Notes: generated from the sequence alone by a model not told the origin. A DNA stretch of 64,000 bases from Methanomethylovorans hollandica DSM 15978 (GCF_000328665.1 NC_019977.1:434001-498000), one strand, 5' to 3'. Positions 48,798-59,790 are shown, counted from the first letter of the stretch. A program made the numbers and translations.

Positions 48798-50192
48798 TCA
48801 CCCATTATCGTGTGGAACCCGTCCATACTCATCATCAAATCGTACGATATCATCTTCGTCCACGCATTCTCCAAGTTGCACTTCTATGATCTCCAGGGGC
48901 AATTTACCCTCATTTGCAAGCCTATGCCTCATGCCGGCACTTATGAATGTGCTTTCGCCCTGCCTCAGGAAAAAGGTTTCGTCATTGATCTGCACGGTTG
49001 CCATTCCCTTGACAACTATCCAATGCTCACTGCGGTGGTAATGAAGCTGGAGGCTGAGCTTCTTTTTTGGATCCACTGTTATATTCTTTATCTTGTGCCT
49101 ACCGGATTTCTCCATCACAGTATAGAAACCCCATGGCCTGTATACTGTCTGCTGCAGATATGCCCTTTCATCATTTTTGCTGTGTAAAGCATCAGCTACT
49201 TGCTTTACTTTCTGGCTGCTCTCTCTGGGGCAGACGAGCAGGGCATCCGGTGTATCGACAACCGCCATGTTTTGCACATCTATAAGAGCCACAAGCTTAT
49301 CACATTTGGAATAGACAAGGTTGTTCTGTGAATTGATAAGAATGTTCTCGCATTCATAGATCACATTTCCATTGTCATCCTTTTCGGACTCCTCATATAT
49401 TGCATTAAAATTCCCGAGATCGCTCCATTTATGTTCCAGGCGCACCACCACGACATTCCTGGATTTTTCCATAATACCGTAATCTATGGAGATTGCCCTT
49501 ACTTTTTCATATATCTCTTCAATAGCTGCATCAGGATCTATCTCAGGGCCAAAGGCTTTATAAAATGAACTTTCGTGCTCCTTCAACTCTCCGAAAAACA
49601 CCTCAGTATCAAAAAGGAACATTCCGCTGTTCCACAGGCAACCTTCTTTCAGGTACTTCAGAGCATCTTCATGATTTGGTTTTTCCCTGAACTCGGCTAC
49701 CTTATAGCCGGCATCGATCTTTTCAGCTGGCTTTATATATCCGTATCCTGTGTGCGGTGAAGTGGGCACTATCCCAAAAGTGACAAGATGTTCCTTTGCT
49801 AGCAATTGCGCATTTTTTATTGTTTCCATTGCACGTATGTCAAGTACATGGTCCGAGGAAAAAACCCCTACAATGGATTTTCCGAATCTTTTTACTATTT
49901 CCCGCATACCGAAGCTGATAGCTGGAAGAGTGTTCTTCGCTTCAGGTTCTATCAGTACGTTTTCCGGAGGCAGGTCATATCCCAGTTCTTTAGCCTGACC
50001 TGTAACAAAGAATCGCTGTGAATCATTTGTCACAACGAAGATCTCTGATATATCAGAGACTTCCAGGCAGCGTATCAAGGTATTCTGGAAAAAAGATGTG
50101 TCTTCAAGTTTGAGGAATTGTTTTGGATTATGTTTTCTGCTAAGTGGCCATAATCTTGTTCCAGATCCACCTGCAAGGATGAGTGATCTAAT
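48798..50192 (-). CDS. manC: Mannose-1-phosphate guanylyltransferase / mannose-6-phosphate isomerase
   Basis: ILAGGSGTRLWPLSR..PKQF, FREKP, WNSGMF, SIDYGIME, WSDLG, cupin RPWG and SLQLHYHRSEHW. Start placed at ATT 50192; the track uses ATG 50273. Confidence 0.92.
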   Translation of the reverse strand: MRSLILAGGSGTRLWPLSRKHNPKQFLKLEDTSFFQNTLIRCLEVSDISEIFVVTNDSQRFFVTGQAKELGYDLPPENVLIEPEAKNTLPAISFGMREIVKRFGKSIVGVFSSDHVLDIRAMETIKNAQLLAKEHLVTFGIVPTSPHTGYGYIKPAEKIDAGYKVAEFREKPNHEDALKYLKEGCLWNSGMFLFDTEVFFGELKEHESSFYKAFGPEIDPDAAIEEIYEKVRAISIDYGIMEKSRNVVVVRLEHKWSDLGNFNAIYEESEKDDNGNVIYECENILINSQNNLVYSKCDKLVALIDVQNMAVVDTPDALLVCPRESSQKVKQVADALHSKNDERAYLQQTVYRPWGFYTVMEKSGRHKIKNITVDPKKKLSLQLHYHRSEHWIVVKGMATVQINDETFFLRQGESTFISAGMRHRLANEGKLPLEIIEVQLGECVDEDDIVRFDDEYGRVPHDNG

Positions 50193-50599
50193 GTTTTCAT
50201 CTCCTCTTTTTAAGGTATATGGATGTATATATCTAGTATTATCAGCCGGTATTCCAGGCCAGATAGATTGCATTTAGATCGATCAGAGTTAATTTTTTAG
50301 TTATCTGATACAGAAATATATAGGTGAAATCCTTATTAATATATATTAGTTACCCGCATTCTCTGCATACAATAATATTATCTGTTAGGGGAACTTCTGT
50401 AGAAAGTACTGGCATTGTGAATGTCATTACCAGCATATACATATTAACTGTCAGGACATTATCTTTGCAGATAGCGACCAATTATCGACCTTTCATCAGA
50501 TATGTATAATCTGATCCACGATGTATCAACTGAATTCTTAAGTACTATTAATATTATCCTATGCACCATAATCCTCAATCCAGTTGGAAATGTGATCAA

Positions 50600-51442
50600 A
50601 TGTCATACAGTATAGTCGAGAAACGGGATATGGTACACCAGGTACACTTGATGAAGGTGCTTGCGCCTGATGTGGCAAGAGCTGCAAAGCCCGGGCAGTT
50701 CGTGATAATAAGGATCGATGAACAAAGTGAAAGGATCCCCCTCACAATTGCGGATTGTAATGTAACAGACGGTTCTGTGACTATTATTTTCCAGGAGATG
50801 GGCAAGACCACCAAACAGCTTGCCACGCTTAAAGGCGGGGAAGAACTACAGGATTTTGTAGGTCCTCTGGGCACTCCCTCTGAGATAGACAAACTGGGTA
50901 CTGTTGTACTGGTGGGAGGAGGCGTGGGTGTAGCTCCTTCATATCCGCAGGCGAAAGCCTACAAAGAAGCAGGTAATAAAGTGATAACCATCATAGGTGC
51001 CCGGAGTGAGAACTTGCTTATACTTGAAGAGGAGATGCGGGCTGTAAGCGATGAATTGATTGTATGTACAGATGATGGTACTAAAGGACATCACGGTTTT
51101 GTAACAGATGTCCTCCAGAAACTGCTGCAAAGCGGTGAACATGTGGATCGCGTGGTGGCCATCGGCCCTCCCATAATGATGAGGGCAGTGGCAGGTGTGA
51201 CAAAGCCTTTTGGTACCCAGACCATTGTAAGCTTAAATCCTATTATGATCGATGGCACGGGAATGTGTGGCGGATGCCGTGTCTCTGTTGACGGTAAAAC
51301 CAAATTTGCCTGTGTCGACGGGCCTGAGTTCGATGCCCACAAGGTCGATTTTAATCTGCTCATGAACCGCCTTGCAGTTTACAGGGACGAAGAGGGCATT
51401 TCCATGAAAAGGCATGAATGTACTTGCGGAGGCGAGCAGTAA
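50600..51442 (+). CDS. nfnA: NfnA/SudB-type FAD/NAD-binding [2Fe-2S] subunit
   Basis: PGQFVI, ERIPLTIAD, GPLG, GGGVG, MIDGTGMCGGCRV, CVDGPEFD. Confidence 0.85.
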   Translation: MSYSIVEKRDMVHQVHLMKVLAPDVARAAKPGQFVIIRIDEQSERIPLTIADCNVTDGSVTIIFQEMGKTTKQLATLKGGEELQDFVGPLGTPSEIDKLGTVVLVGGGVGVAPSYPQAKAYKEAGNKVITIIGARSENLLILEEEMRAVSDELIVCTDDGTKGHHGFVTDVLQKLLQSGEHVDRVVAIGPPIMMRAVAGVTKPFGTQTIVSLNPIMIDGTGMCGGCRVSVDGKTKFACVDGPEFDAHKVDFNLLMNRLAVYRDEEGISMKRHECTCGGEQ

Positions 51443-52815
51443 TGGCAGCAAGACAGCCCATGCCGTTACAGGAATCTGAAGTAAGGCGCAGGAACTTCAA
51501 TGAAGTAGCACTGGGTTATACAGAGGAGCAAGCTGTTGCTGAAGCTGACCGTTGCCTTCAATGCAAAGATCCAAAATGTGTGCAGGGATGTCCTGTGAAT
51601 ATCGATATTCCGGCTTTCATTGCCAGCATTGCCGAAAGGGATTTCGATGAGGCCATCAGGACGATTAAGCTCACCAATGCTCTTCCTGCAGTATGCGGGC
51701 GTGTCTGCCCTCAGGAAGTGCAGTGCGAAGAATATTGTGTGCTCGCAAAGAAAGGCCAACCCATAGCTATAGGACGTCTTGAACGTTTTGCTGCAGATCA
51801 TGAGAGTGTTAAGGGTGTGGAAGCACCTCAGAAAGTAAAGCCAACTGGCAAACACGTGGCTGTGGTGGGTTCAGGTCCTGCAGGGCTTACAGCTGCCGCA
51901 GATCTTGCAAAAGCCGGGCATTCCGTGACGATCTTTGAATCACTTCATGAACCCGGAGGTGTGCTCACCTATGGTATTCCAGAGTTCCGCCTTCCAAAGG
52001 CGATAGTACGCCAGGAGGTAGAATATATAAAGCAGCTTGGAGTGGACATAAAAGTAGACTATGTCATAGGCAGGATCAAGACGCTGGATGAACTGAGGGG
52101 AGAGTTCGATGCTGTATTCCTGGGAACTGGAGCAGGACTTCCGAATTTCATGGGTATTGAAGGAGAGAACCTCAATGGTGTCTATTCTGCCAATGAGTTC
52201 CTGACCCGTGTGAACCTCATGAAAGCTTTCCGTTTCCCTGAATATGACACACCTATCAAAAGGGGAAAAAAGGTGATCGTGGTAGGTGGAGGGAATGTGG
52301 CAATGGATGCTGCACGATGTGCTCTGAGACTGGGTGCTGACGAGGTCAGCATTGTCTACCGGCGTGGAGAAGATGAACTACCGGCACGTAGAGAAGAAGT
52401 GGAGAATGCTAAAGAAGAAGGGATCATTTTCAGACTGCTCACAAACCCAGTTCGCATTCTGGGTGATGATAAAATGAGTGCCAAGAGTGTGGAATGCATC
52501 AGGATGGAGCTTGGTGAACCTGATGCTTCAGGCCGCAGAAGACCTGTGTCTGTGAAAGGTTCAGAACACCAGATCGAAGCCGATACGGTGATAATAGCCA
52601 TCGGCACATCTCCGAACCCGATCATATTCTCAGGTTCTGGAGGTCTTGAATCCACTCCAAAAGGCACTATCGTGGTAGATGATTCAGCTATGAGCTCTCT
52701 TCCGGGTGTATGTGCAGGTGGCGATGTGGTCACAGGCGCTGCAACAGTGATAAGTGCTATGGGCGCCGGAAAGCTGGCCGCTCAAACCATCCATGATTAT
52801 CTTAGCAAACAATGA
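51442..52815 (+). CDS. nfnB: NfnB/SudA (GltD-like) Fe-S flavoprotein
   Basis: RCLQC..PKCVQGCP, CGRVCPQE.QCE, GSGPAG, GGGNVAMD, YRR, AGGD; TAATG coupling to nfnA. Confidence 0.85.
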   Translation: MAARQPMPLQESEVRRRNFNEVALGYTEEQAVAEADRCLQCKDPKCVQGCPVNIDIPAFIASIAERDFDEAIRTIKLTNALPAVCGRVCPQEVQCEEYCVLAKKGQPIAIGRLERFAADHESVKGVEAPQKVKPTGKHVAVVGSGPAGLTAAADLAKAGHSVTIFESLHEPGGVLTYGIPEFRLPKAIVRQEVEYIKQLGVDIKVDYVIGRIKTLDELRGEFDAVFLGTGAGLPNFMGIEGENLNGVYSANEFLTRVNLMKAFRFPEYDTPIKRGKKVIVVGGGNVAMDAARCALRLGADEVSIVYRRGEDELPARREEVENAKEEGIIFRLLTNPVRILGDDKMSAKSVECIRMELGEPDASGRRRPVSVKGSEHQIEADTVIIAIGTSPNPIIFSGSGGLESTPKGTIVVDDSAMSSLPGVCAGGDVVTGAATVISAMGAGKLAAQTIHDYLSKQ

Positions 52816-52844
52816 CCTTATGATGATCGGTCATTCACTTTTTT
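52811..52844 (+). terminator. Hairpin plus T-tract at the nfnB end
   Basis: AATGACC...GGTCATT inverted repeat followed by a run of six T. Confidence 0.4.
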
Positions 52845-52856
52845 AATTGGACTGCA

Positions 52857-54872
52857 ATGAAACCCGGAAATAAGAAATTTATATTATCAGGAAATTCTTC
52901 TGCCAGAAAGCCTGTTAGCTCTCACTTTAAAACCCGATCACCAAGATCCTGGAAGCAGCATGGTGCAGATCTGCAACATCATATTTTCTGGTGTCAGCAT
53001 TGTAATGTTCCTCTGTTAAGGTCTACATGTGATATTTGTCGGTCACAGGGCAGTCATGTAGGTCTGGCACCCCCGGGAGACGTCAGGTTCTGTTCACCAC
53101 CTGAGCGGGAAGTGCTCAGTGGTCTTTTGTTATCAGCTTTCGGGTGTGACCCCATAGGTCAAAGGATTGTGCTGCTTAACAAGACCACAGGTGAGGACAG
53201 GACAGATGAAATTATAGTTGACGGTTTGCATTTTGGGGTACTGCGTTTTGATATGAAGTTTCTGGATTATGTTTTAGATCTGTCCGTTGAAGGTGCAAAG
53301 GTACTGGGAGAGCATACTACTAATAAGACAATTGTTCTAAGGAAGGCTTCCAGCCATCTTAGCGGCAAGAAGGTAAAAGCTGAGCAAATTCTAAGTTATA
53401 CGGAAGATATTACAAAGGGAGATACTGTTCTGATCAGGTGTGGCAATCTTATAGGTTTTGGCGTATCCCTTTCGGATCATGCACACCTTCAAAGTTCACA
53501 GGATGCTGTATTGAGGGTGAGGAAGCTCGACGGAAACAAAGTTTCACTGAATCGGCGTATTGCTTCCATGCAGGATGTCATAAAGGCCAATGCAAGTCAC
53601 ATGGAGAAAATATCCAGGGATGCTGCCAATGTTGTCAAGGGGGTTGTAAGCCGCAAGGAATACAAGGCTCTGCCTGTCCATGTATCCTTCAGTGGGGGAA
53701 AGGATAGTCTCGTGGTGCTTGATCTGACCGTCAATACTCTCAAAAGCAGAGAAATCAGAGCTTTCTTCCTTAATACTGGTATCGAGTTCCCTGAAACAGT
53801 AGAATTTGCGCGCAATTTCTGTTCCAGTCGGGGTATCGACTTAAAGGAGTCAGCTGCGGGGGATGCTTTCTGGGAGAACCTTGAAAGGTTCGGTCCCCCG
53901 GCAAAGGATATGCGCTGGTGTTGTAAAGTATGCAAGCTGGCACCAGCCAACAGGCTCATCGATGAATCATCAAGTGAAGGGCAGGTGTGCCTTACTGTGG
54001 ATGGCAAGCGACGATACGAATCATTTACCAGGGCTTCCATTTCTGCAAGTGAGAAGAACCCATTTGTCCCCACGCAGCTCAATATTTTTCCCATCCGTGA
54101 TTGGAGGGCGATAGAAGTATGGCTGTATATATACGGAAAGAAACTTGAATACAATCCTCTTTATGACATGGGATTCGAAAGGGTGGGATGTTATCTCTGT
54201 CCTGCTTCCCTGTCTGCTGAATATCAGCTTTTTTCCCGGCTGCATCCTGATCTTCATGCACGCTGGCATTCATATCTGCTGAAATGGGCCAGCAAAAAAG
54301 GTTTTCCGGAATCATTTGTGGAACATGGTTTCTGGCGCTGGAAGGAGCTTCCACCAAAAATGCTCAAGCTTGCAGAAGAGCTCGAGATCCGATATGATGT
54401 TCCTGAAGTTAATGGAAATTTCAGGGTAGATTCTGTCAGCGGTGTTTCTCCCTGCACGAGCGGAGGTTTTACTGTTGAGGCCAACATAGGGGGCGTTTCT
54501 CTGGACGATGCAGCGGACGTACTGCACATAATAGGCATCATAAAGGCTGCCGAAAACATGGGAATGTTGCTTATAAAGGCCGATGATGCAACTATAAAGT
54601 TCTTCTCTTCAGGTAACCTGCTGGTCACTGCTGGCAGCAGAGCAAAGGCCACTGAAGTGTTCAGACAGGTCGTATTGCAGCTTATGAGAGTGTGCATGTG
54701 CACAAGGTGCGGTATCTGTCAGGGGGTTTGCCCTGTTGGCGCTATTGAGGTTGATGATATGCGCGGTCTGTACATCAGTGATGCATGTATACGATGTGGT
54801 AACTGCATTGAACCATGTGTTGTCCTTAAATATGCTTCTCGTAATTTGCCGTGGCTCAGGCAGAATGCCTGA
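52857..54872 (+). CDS. PAPS-reductase-family (PP-loop) protein with zinc ribbon, PUA-like region and C-terminal ferredoxin
   Basis: WCQHCNVP..CDIC, SFSGGKDS, RWCCKVCK, RVGCYLCP, CTRCGICQGVCP and CIRCGNCIEPC. Confidence 0.85.
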   Translation: MKPGNKKFILSGNSSARKPVSSHFKTRSPRSWKQHGADLQHHIFWCQHCNVPLLRSTCDICRSQGSHVGLAPPGDVRFCSPPEREVLSGLLLSAFGCDPIGQRIVLLNKTTGEDRTDEIIVDGLHFGVLRFDMKFLDYVLDLSVEGAKVLGEHTTNKTIVLRKASSHLSGKKVKAEQILSYTEDITKGDTVLIRCGNLIGFGVSLSDHAHLQSSQDAVLRVRKLDGNKVSLNRRIASMQDVIKANASHMEKISRDAANVVKGVVSRKEYKALPVHVSFSGGKDSLVVLDLTVNTLKSREIRAFFLNTGIEFPETVEFARNFCSSRGIDLKESAAGDAFWENLERFGPPAKDMRWCCKVCKLAPANRLIDESSSEGQVCLTVDGKRRYESFTRASISASEKNPFVPTQLNIFPIRDWRAIEVWLYIYGKKLEYNPLYDMGFERVGCYLCPASLSAEYQLFSRLHPDLHARWHSYLLKWASKKGFPESFVEHGFWRWKELPPKMLKLAEELEIRYDVPEVNGNFRVDSVSGVSPCTSGGFTVEANIGGVSLDDAADVLHIIGIIKAAENMGMLLIKADDATIKFFSSGNLLVTAGSRAKATEVFRQVVLQLMRVCMCTRCGICQGVCPVGAIEVDDMRGLYISDACIRCGNCIEPCVVLKYASRNLPWLRQNA

Positions 54873-54947
54873 TGTATGAGTGAGATTTTAATACTTTACT
54901 AGTAATTATATAACTGCTTTGAAATAAATACTGTAAGATGTGTGCAC

Positions 54948-56018
54948 ATGCAGATAGGTCAATTAGATGGTATTTCTGTCCTGATATTGTCCAGATTAAA
55001 GATAGCTGCTGTCCTGATCATTATACTGCTTTCACTGTTCCTTGCTTCTATTTTCCTTCCTCTTGCAGATGGTATAGTCCTGGGTCTTGTATTGGCATAC
55101 ATCGCTCGTCCCATCTATCTCAAATTACATCGGTATCAAAGGATTGGTGCGCTGGTAGCTACTTTTGCCCTCGTCATGCCAGTTGTCCTTATCATTGGCT
55201 CGGGCATATTTGAGATAGTAAGATTCATTGGCTGGATCTTCGATAATCAGGATGTGTTCATTAATTCGCTGTTCGATTTTGTCCGTTCCATAGATGTGCC
55301 CCCGGAATATAATGAGAGTATCCTACAATTCATATGGGATACTTCCACTTCTGTGCTTCCTCTTTTGAGTGGGTTTGGTTTTCTGGCATATGCAAAGACC
55401 CTTATGATGTTTGCTCTCAATTTGGTCATATCTGTATTAGTTTGTTACTTCCTTCTGGTAGATGGGCCAAAGGTCTACAATAGCGTGGTTGCTTTCATGC
55501 CAGTGGATAATAGGCCCTGGATTACGGAATATATACAGCATCTGGACCTTATACTTAAGGGCGTTTTCATTGGAAATGCCTATGCTGCCTTATTTGTCAG
55601 CATCACTTCTCTGGTGGTCTTTTATATATTTGGCTTCTCTCATATCCTGGCTCTTGCCACTCTGATTTTCATTGCTTCTATTGTCCCTTTGTTTGCCGGT
55701 TATGTCGTCCTTGTTGCTTTGGCAGTGATCCGCTATTTCCAGATGGGACTTGAGGCAGCTGTGATCTTCTTTGTAGTGGCTTCTGTGGTCATCTATGTGC
55801 CACCTGAATTTATCCTTCGTCCATATCTTGCGAGCATGCATTCACGTGTGCATCCAATGTTGATCATGCTCTCTTTCCTGGGAGGTGCTTTTGTAGGGGG
55901 TATCGCAGGTTTCTTTGTGGCACCTATAATCCTTGCTTCTTTGATAGCTGCCTATAGGGTGCATGTGGGAACACCGGTATATGGTAAAAAGGAAGAAGAA
56001 GAAGGACTTCCTGCATGA
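54948..56018 (+). CDS. AI-2E family transporter
   Basis: LAYIARP, YFLLVDG, ILRPYL, HPMLIMLSFLGG..GG..GFFVAP. Confidence 0.87.
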   Translation: MQIGQLDGISVLILSRLKIAAVLIIILLSLFLASIFLPLADGIVLGLVLAYIARPIYLKLHRYQRIGALVATFALVMPVVLIIGSGIFEIVRFIGWIFDNQDVFINSLFDFVRSIDVPPEYNESILQFIWDTSTSVLPLLSGFGFLAYAKTLMMFALNLVISVLVCYFLLVDGPKVYNSVVAFMPVDNRPWITEYIQHLDLILKGVFIGNAYAALFVSITSLVVFYIFGFSHILALATLIFIASIVPLFAGYVVLVALAVIRYFQMGLEAAVIFFVVASVVIYVPPEFILRPYLASMHSRVHPMLIMLSFLGGAFVGGIAGFFVAPIILASLIAAYRVHVGTPVYGKKEEEEGLPA

Positions 56019-56124
56019 AGGTTTATCCACCAGGATCGTTCTGTAAACGTACAAGTTGTTTCCGTTAAAAAGGTTTATAAGTATTGTTAAATCTAAGTCT
56101 ACAGGTAATTTCGCAGGTGAAATC

Positions 56125-58029
56125 ATGCAATTATTGCTCATCCATTCTGATTATATCGAATATGAGGTCAAAAAAAGCACCCCAGTGGCAGAGAAGATCG
56201 AAGATCCAATGAAGTCTGGCAGGCTGGAGGATGCACTCACAGTTTTCATTGCCGTAGAGAAGGCAGATGAGGTCAATCCAGATGAGGTTGCCCAGAAAGC
56301 TGTTTCTGAGGTCGAGAAGGTTGCAGGGCAGGTAAAAACCGAAAGCATAATGCTTTATCCTTATGCTCATCTGAGTTCAGATCTCTCTTCCCCAAAAGTT
56401 GCTGTTTATGTACTAACAGCTATGGAAAAAGAACTATCAGGCAAGTACATTGTAAAAAGAGCTCCCTTTGGCTGGTACAAAGCATTCAAGATCAGCTGCA
56501 AAGGTCATCCCCTGTCCGAGCTATCCAGGTCAATATCTCCTGAAAACAAAGATGGTGTCAATGTTGTCTGTGCCCTTGAAGGAAAACCGGAGGTTGTTTC
56601 TGAAGCTTTGAAAGCCGAAAGCACCGCCAAATCATACTGGCGTATCCTTACTCCGGACGGTCAGCTTCATGAAATGGACGGATTTGATTTCAAAGGTCAT
56701 GAGAACCTTAGTAAGTTCGTTGATTATGAGATCTCCAAGAAAAGAGAGGTTGATAAGGCACCTCCACACGTGGAGCTTATGCGCAGGCTTGAGCTAGCCG
56801 ATTATGAGCCGGGTTCGGATTCAGGTAACATGCGCTATTATCCTAAAGGCCGGCTTATTAAATCCCTGTTGGAGAACTATGTGGTCGAGGAATCCATCAA
56901 AGTGGGGGCTATGGAAGTTGAAACTCCTATTATGTATGATATGAACCATCCGACCCTCAAGAAGTATCTTGACAGGTTCCCTGCAAGGCAGTATTCCATA
57001 GAATCAGATAAAAGGCAGCTTTTCCTGAGGTTTGCTGCTTGTTTTGGCCAGTTCCTTATCAACCATGACATGACCATGTCTTACAAAAGTCTCCCTCTGA
57101 AGATGATAGAGCTTACACGCTACAGTTTCCGTAAGGAACAGAGGGGAGAGCTTGTGGGCCTGCGTCGCTTGAGGGCATTCACAATGCCTGATATGCATAC
57201 ACTCTGTTATGATATGGAACAGGCTGTTTCCCAGTTCGAAGAACAGTACAACATGTGTATCCGTATTCTGGACCAGGTAGGTATCAAAGTTGACGATTTT
57301 GAGGTCGCCATCAGGTTCACAAGAGATTTCTATGAAGAGAACAAGGATTTCATCACCAATCTTGCCCGCATTGTGAACAAACCAGTACTTATAGAGATGT
57401 GGGATACACGTTTCTTCTACTTCGTGCTCAAGTTCGAGTTTAATTTTGTAGATGCCCTGGCAAAGGCAAGTGCTCTTTCCACAGTGCAGATAGATGTGGA
57501 AAATGCTGAAAGATATGACATAAAATACATAGATGTCACGGGTGAGGAGAAACGTCCGACCATTCTGCATTGCTCTCCAAGTGGTGCTATAGAACGCTGT
57601 ATCTATGGTTTACTGGAAAAAGAAGCCATGAGAACTGAAAGGGGTGAGGTCCCCATGCTTCCTGTATGGCTTTCTCCGACTCAGGTAAGGGTGCTTCCAA
57701 TATCTGAAAAGCATCTTGAGTTTGCAAAGCAGGTTTCAGAAAAGCTTAATTGCCGTGTAGATATCGATGACAGAGAAGATACTGTGGGCAAGCGTATACG
57801 TGAAGCAGGACGCGAATGGATTCCTTATGTGGTAGTCATCGGGGACAAAGAGGTTGAAACTGGCAGAATAAATGTCACCATAAGGGCGGAATCTCAGGCT
57901 AATCGCCCGAAGACCATGGAAATGTCAACAGATGAACTGGATTCCCGCATACAGGCAGAGATCGCTGGCTTGCCCTACCGGGGTCTGCCTCTTGCAAAGA
58001 TGCTCTCACAGAGGCCAAAGTTCATATAA
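56125..58029 (+). CDS. thrS: Threonine--tRNA ligase (archaeal type with N-terminal editing domain)
   Basis: [57 protein letters not shown] 56125 follows CAGGTGA. Confidence 0.96.
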   Translation: MQLLLIHSDYIEYEVKKSTPVAEKIEDPMKSGRLEDALTVFIAVEKADEVNPDEVAQKAVSEVEKVAGQVKTESIMLYPYAHLSSDLSSPKVAVYVLTAMEKELSGKYIVKRAPFGWYKAFKISCKGHPLSELSRSISPENKDGVNVVCALEGKPEVVSEALKAESTAKSYWRILTPDGQLHEMDGFDFKGHENLSKFVDYEISKKREVDKAPPHVELMRRLELADYEPGSDSGNMRYYPKGRLIKSLLENYVVEESIKVGAMEVETPIMYDMNHPTLKKYLDRFPARQYSIESDKRQLFLRFAACFGQFLINHDMTMSYKSLPLKMIELTRYSFRKEQRGELVGLRRLRAFTMPDMHTLCYDMEQAVSQFEEQYNMCIRILDQVGIKVDDFEVAIRFTRDFYEENKDFITNLARIVNKPVLIEMWDTRFFYFVLKFEFNFVDALAKASALSTVQIDVENAERYDIKYIDVTGEEKRPTILHCSPSGAIERCIYGLLEKEAMRTERGEVPMLPVWLSPTQVRVLPISEKHLEFAKQVSEKLNCRVDIDDREDTVGKRIREAGREWIPYVVVIGDKEVETGRINVTIRAESQANRPKTMEMSTDELDSRIQAEIAGLPYRGLPLAKMLSQRPKFI

Positions 58030-58051
58030 GATGGTTCCTGAATACCCTTCC

Positions 58052-58336
58052 ATGGATATGGGACACGTACTTGCCGAAGTCCATGTGTACGGAAGGGTAC
58101 AGGGAGTCTTTTTCCGTCAGTTCACAAAGAACACTGCACAGGAACTTGGCATTGCAGGTTATGCCCGTAACCTTCCCGATGGTTGCGTACAGGTCCTTGC
58201 CGAAGGACCTAAACAGTCTGTTGAAATACTCTTGCAAAGGCTAAGAGTAGGTCCTCCTATGTCCTGTGTGGATTCGCTGGGTGTTGAATGGAAACAGGCT
58301 TCAGGTGAATTTACAGGCTTTGTCATAAGACGATAA
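58052..58336 (+). CDS. acyP: Acylphosphatase
   Basis: GRVQGVFFR, GYARNLPDG.V, GPP. Start uncertain (58031, 58052 or 58058). Confidence 0.9.
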   Translation: MDMGHVLAEVHVYGRVQGVFFRQFTKNTAQELGIAGYARNLPDGCVQVLAEGPKQSVEILLQRLRVGPPMSCVDSLGVEWKQASGEFTGFVIRR

Positions 58337-58412
58337 ACATGTCCATATTCGCATTTATGTAAATTTTCTTTAGGGCTAAGTTATATAAAACATATCAGAG
58401 GACAGTGGGACG

Positions 58413-59582
58413 ATGAACAACATAGTAATTGTCAGATACGGGGAATTGGCACTGAAAAGTCCTGGTGTCAGGAACCATTATGAAAAGGTCCTTATGAGGA
58501 ATATTTCAGCTATGCTTGATCAACGCGGTGTGGAGTATTCAGGTCTGAGCCGGGAATGGGGAAGGATCTTTATCAAGACTTCCGATGAAATGGCAGCAGG
58601 CGCTGCAGCTGATGTGTTTGGTGTTGTATCTGCATCATTTGCAACTGCTGTTGATGCAGATCTTGATTCCGTATCGCAAAAATGTGCTGATATTGCTGTG
58701 GGGTTCATCGGGGAGGGTGATTCTTTTGCCATAAGGGCCCGCAGGACCGGGAATCATGATTTTTCTTCCCAGGATGTAGGACTGAAATGCGGAGATGCGG
58801 TGTGGGAGCGTTTGCTTTCAGAAGGCAAAACTCCTTTAGTGGATCTCACAAGGCCGGATAAGGAGATCTTTGTAGAGGTGCGCCAGAAGGAAGCCTATGT
58901 CTTCACGGAAAATTCCAGGGGTGTAGGCGGTCTTCCTCTGGGAACTCAGGGGAAAATGGTCGCTCTTGTATCCGGAGGTATTGATTCTCCTGTAGCTGCC
59001 TGGCTCATGATGAAAAGAGGTGTTGAGATGATTCCGGTATACTGCAGCAATGAACCTTTTGCAGATGATTCCACAAGACAGCGTGCACTGGATAGCATAA
59101 GGGTGCTGCAGCAATGGGCTCCCGGTCACCCTCTAAAAATATATGAGGTCCCGCATGGATGTTCTCTGAAGGCGTTTGTGGAACAGTGCTCCAGGAACAA
59201 AACATGCGTGCTGTGCAAAAGGACCATGTATAGGGTTGCTTATGAGATCATGAAGCGTGAAGGCGCTACCGGTGTAATCACAGGCTCTTCTTTAGGGCAG
59301 GTAGCTTCACAGACATCTGCAAATATGTACGCAGAGCTTTATGGGCTTGCCATACCTCTATACCATCCGTTGATAGCTCTTGATAAAGCAGATATTATAG
59401 ATATTGCAAGGAAAATAGGTTCTTATGATGTGTCTGTCAGGCCTGTAACATGTTGCTCGGCTGTACCGGAAAAACCCGAGACAAGAGCTGAGTATGATTC
59501 TTTGCTTGCTGAGGAGAGCAAAGTAGATATTGACGGTCTGGTGAGTTTCTCCGTTTCAGGCGCACAAGTATTCAGATTGTGA
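58413..59582 (+). CDS. thiI: tRNA 4-thiouridine synthase ThiI (no rhodanese domain)
   Basis: VRYGELALKS, THUMP region, GGLPLG, SGGIDSPVA, CVLCKR, GQVASQT. Confidence 0.93.
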   Translation: MNNIVIVRYGELALKSPGVRNHYEKVLMRNISAMLDQRGVEYSGLSREWGRIFIKTSDEMAAGAAADVFGVVSASFATAVDADLDSVSQKCADIAVGFIGEGDSFAIRARRTGNHDFSSQDVGLKCGDAVWERLLSEGKTPLVDLTRPDKEIFVEVRQKEAYVFTENSRGVGGLPLGTQGKMVALVSGGIDSPVAAWLMMKRGVEMIPVYCSNEPFADDSTRQRALDSIRVLQQWAPGHPLKIYEVPHGCSLKAFVEQCSRNKTCVLCKRTMYRVAYEIMKREGATGVITGSSLGQVASQTSANMYAELYGLAIPLYHPLIALDKADIIDIARKIGSYDVSVRPVTCCSAVPEKPETRAEYDSLLAEESKVDIDGLVSFSVSGAQVFRL

Positions 59583-59753
59583 TCTGTACAATACATTTAT
59601 GACCTCCATCTTTGCAATATGTAAGTTTAATTGAGCAGATTCACTAATATTCTATTTTTTATAAGTCTTTAATTTGCACAATTGAAATGTCATCATTATG
59701 ATGCTTATTTAATTCTAGTGTCCAGCATCTCGTATTCGCTTCCGGCACACTAC

Positions 59754-59767
59754 AAAAACCTTATATA
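59754..59767 (+). promoter_or_regulatory. BRE/TATA-like promoter ahead of the candidate sRNA
   Basis: AAAAACCTTATATA: a purine-rich BRE followed by TTATATA, 23 nt before AGGCGCACA. Confidence 0.5.
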
Positions 59768-59790
59768 TTTTGATAACATATGCACAGATT

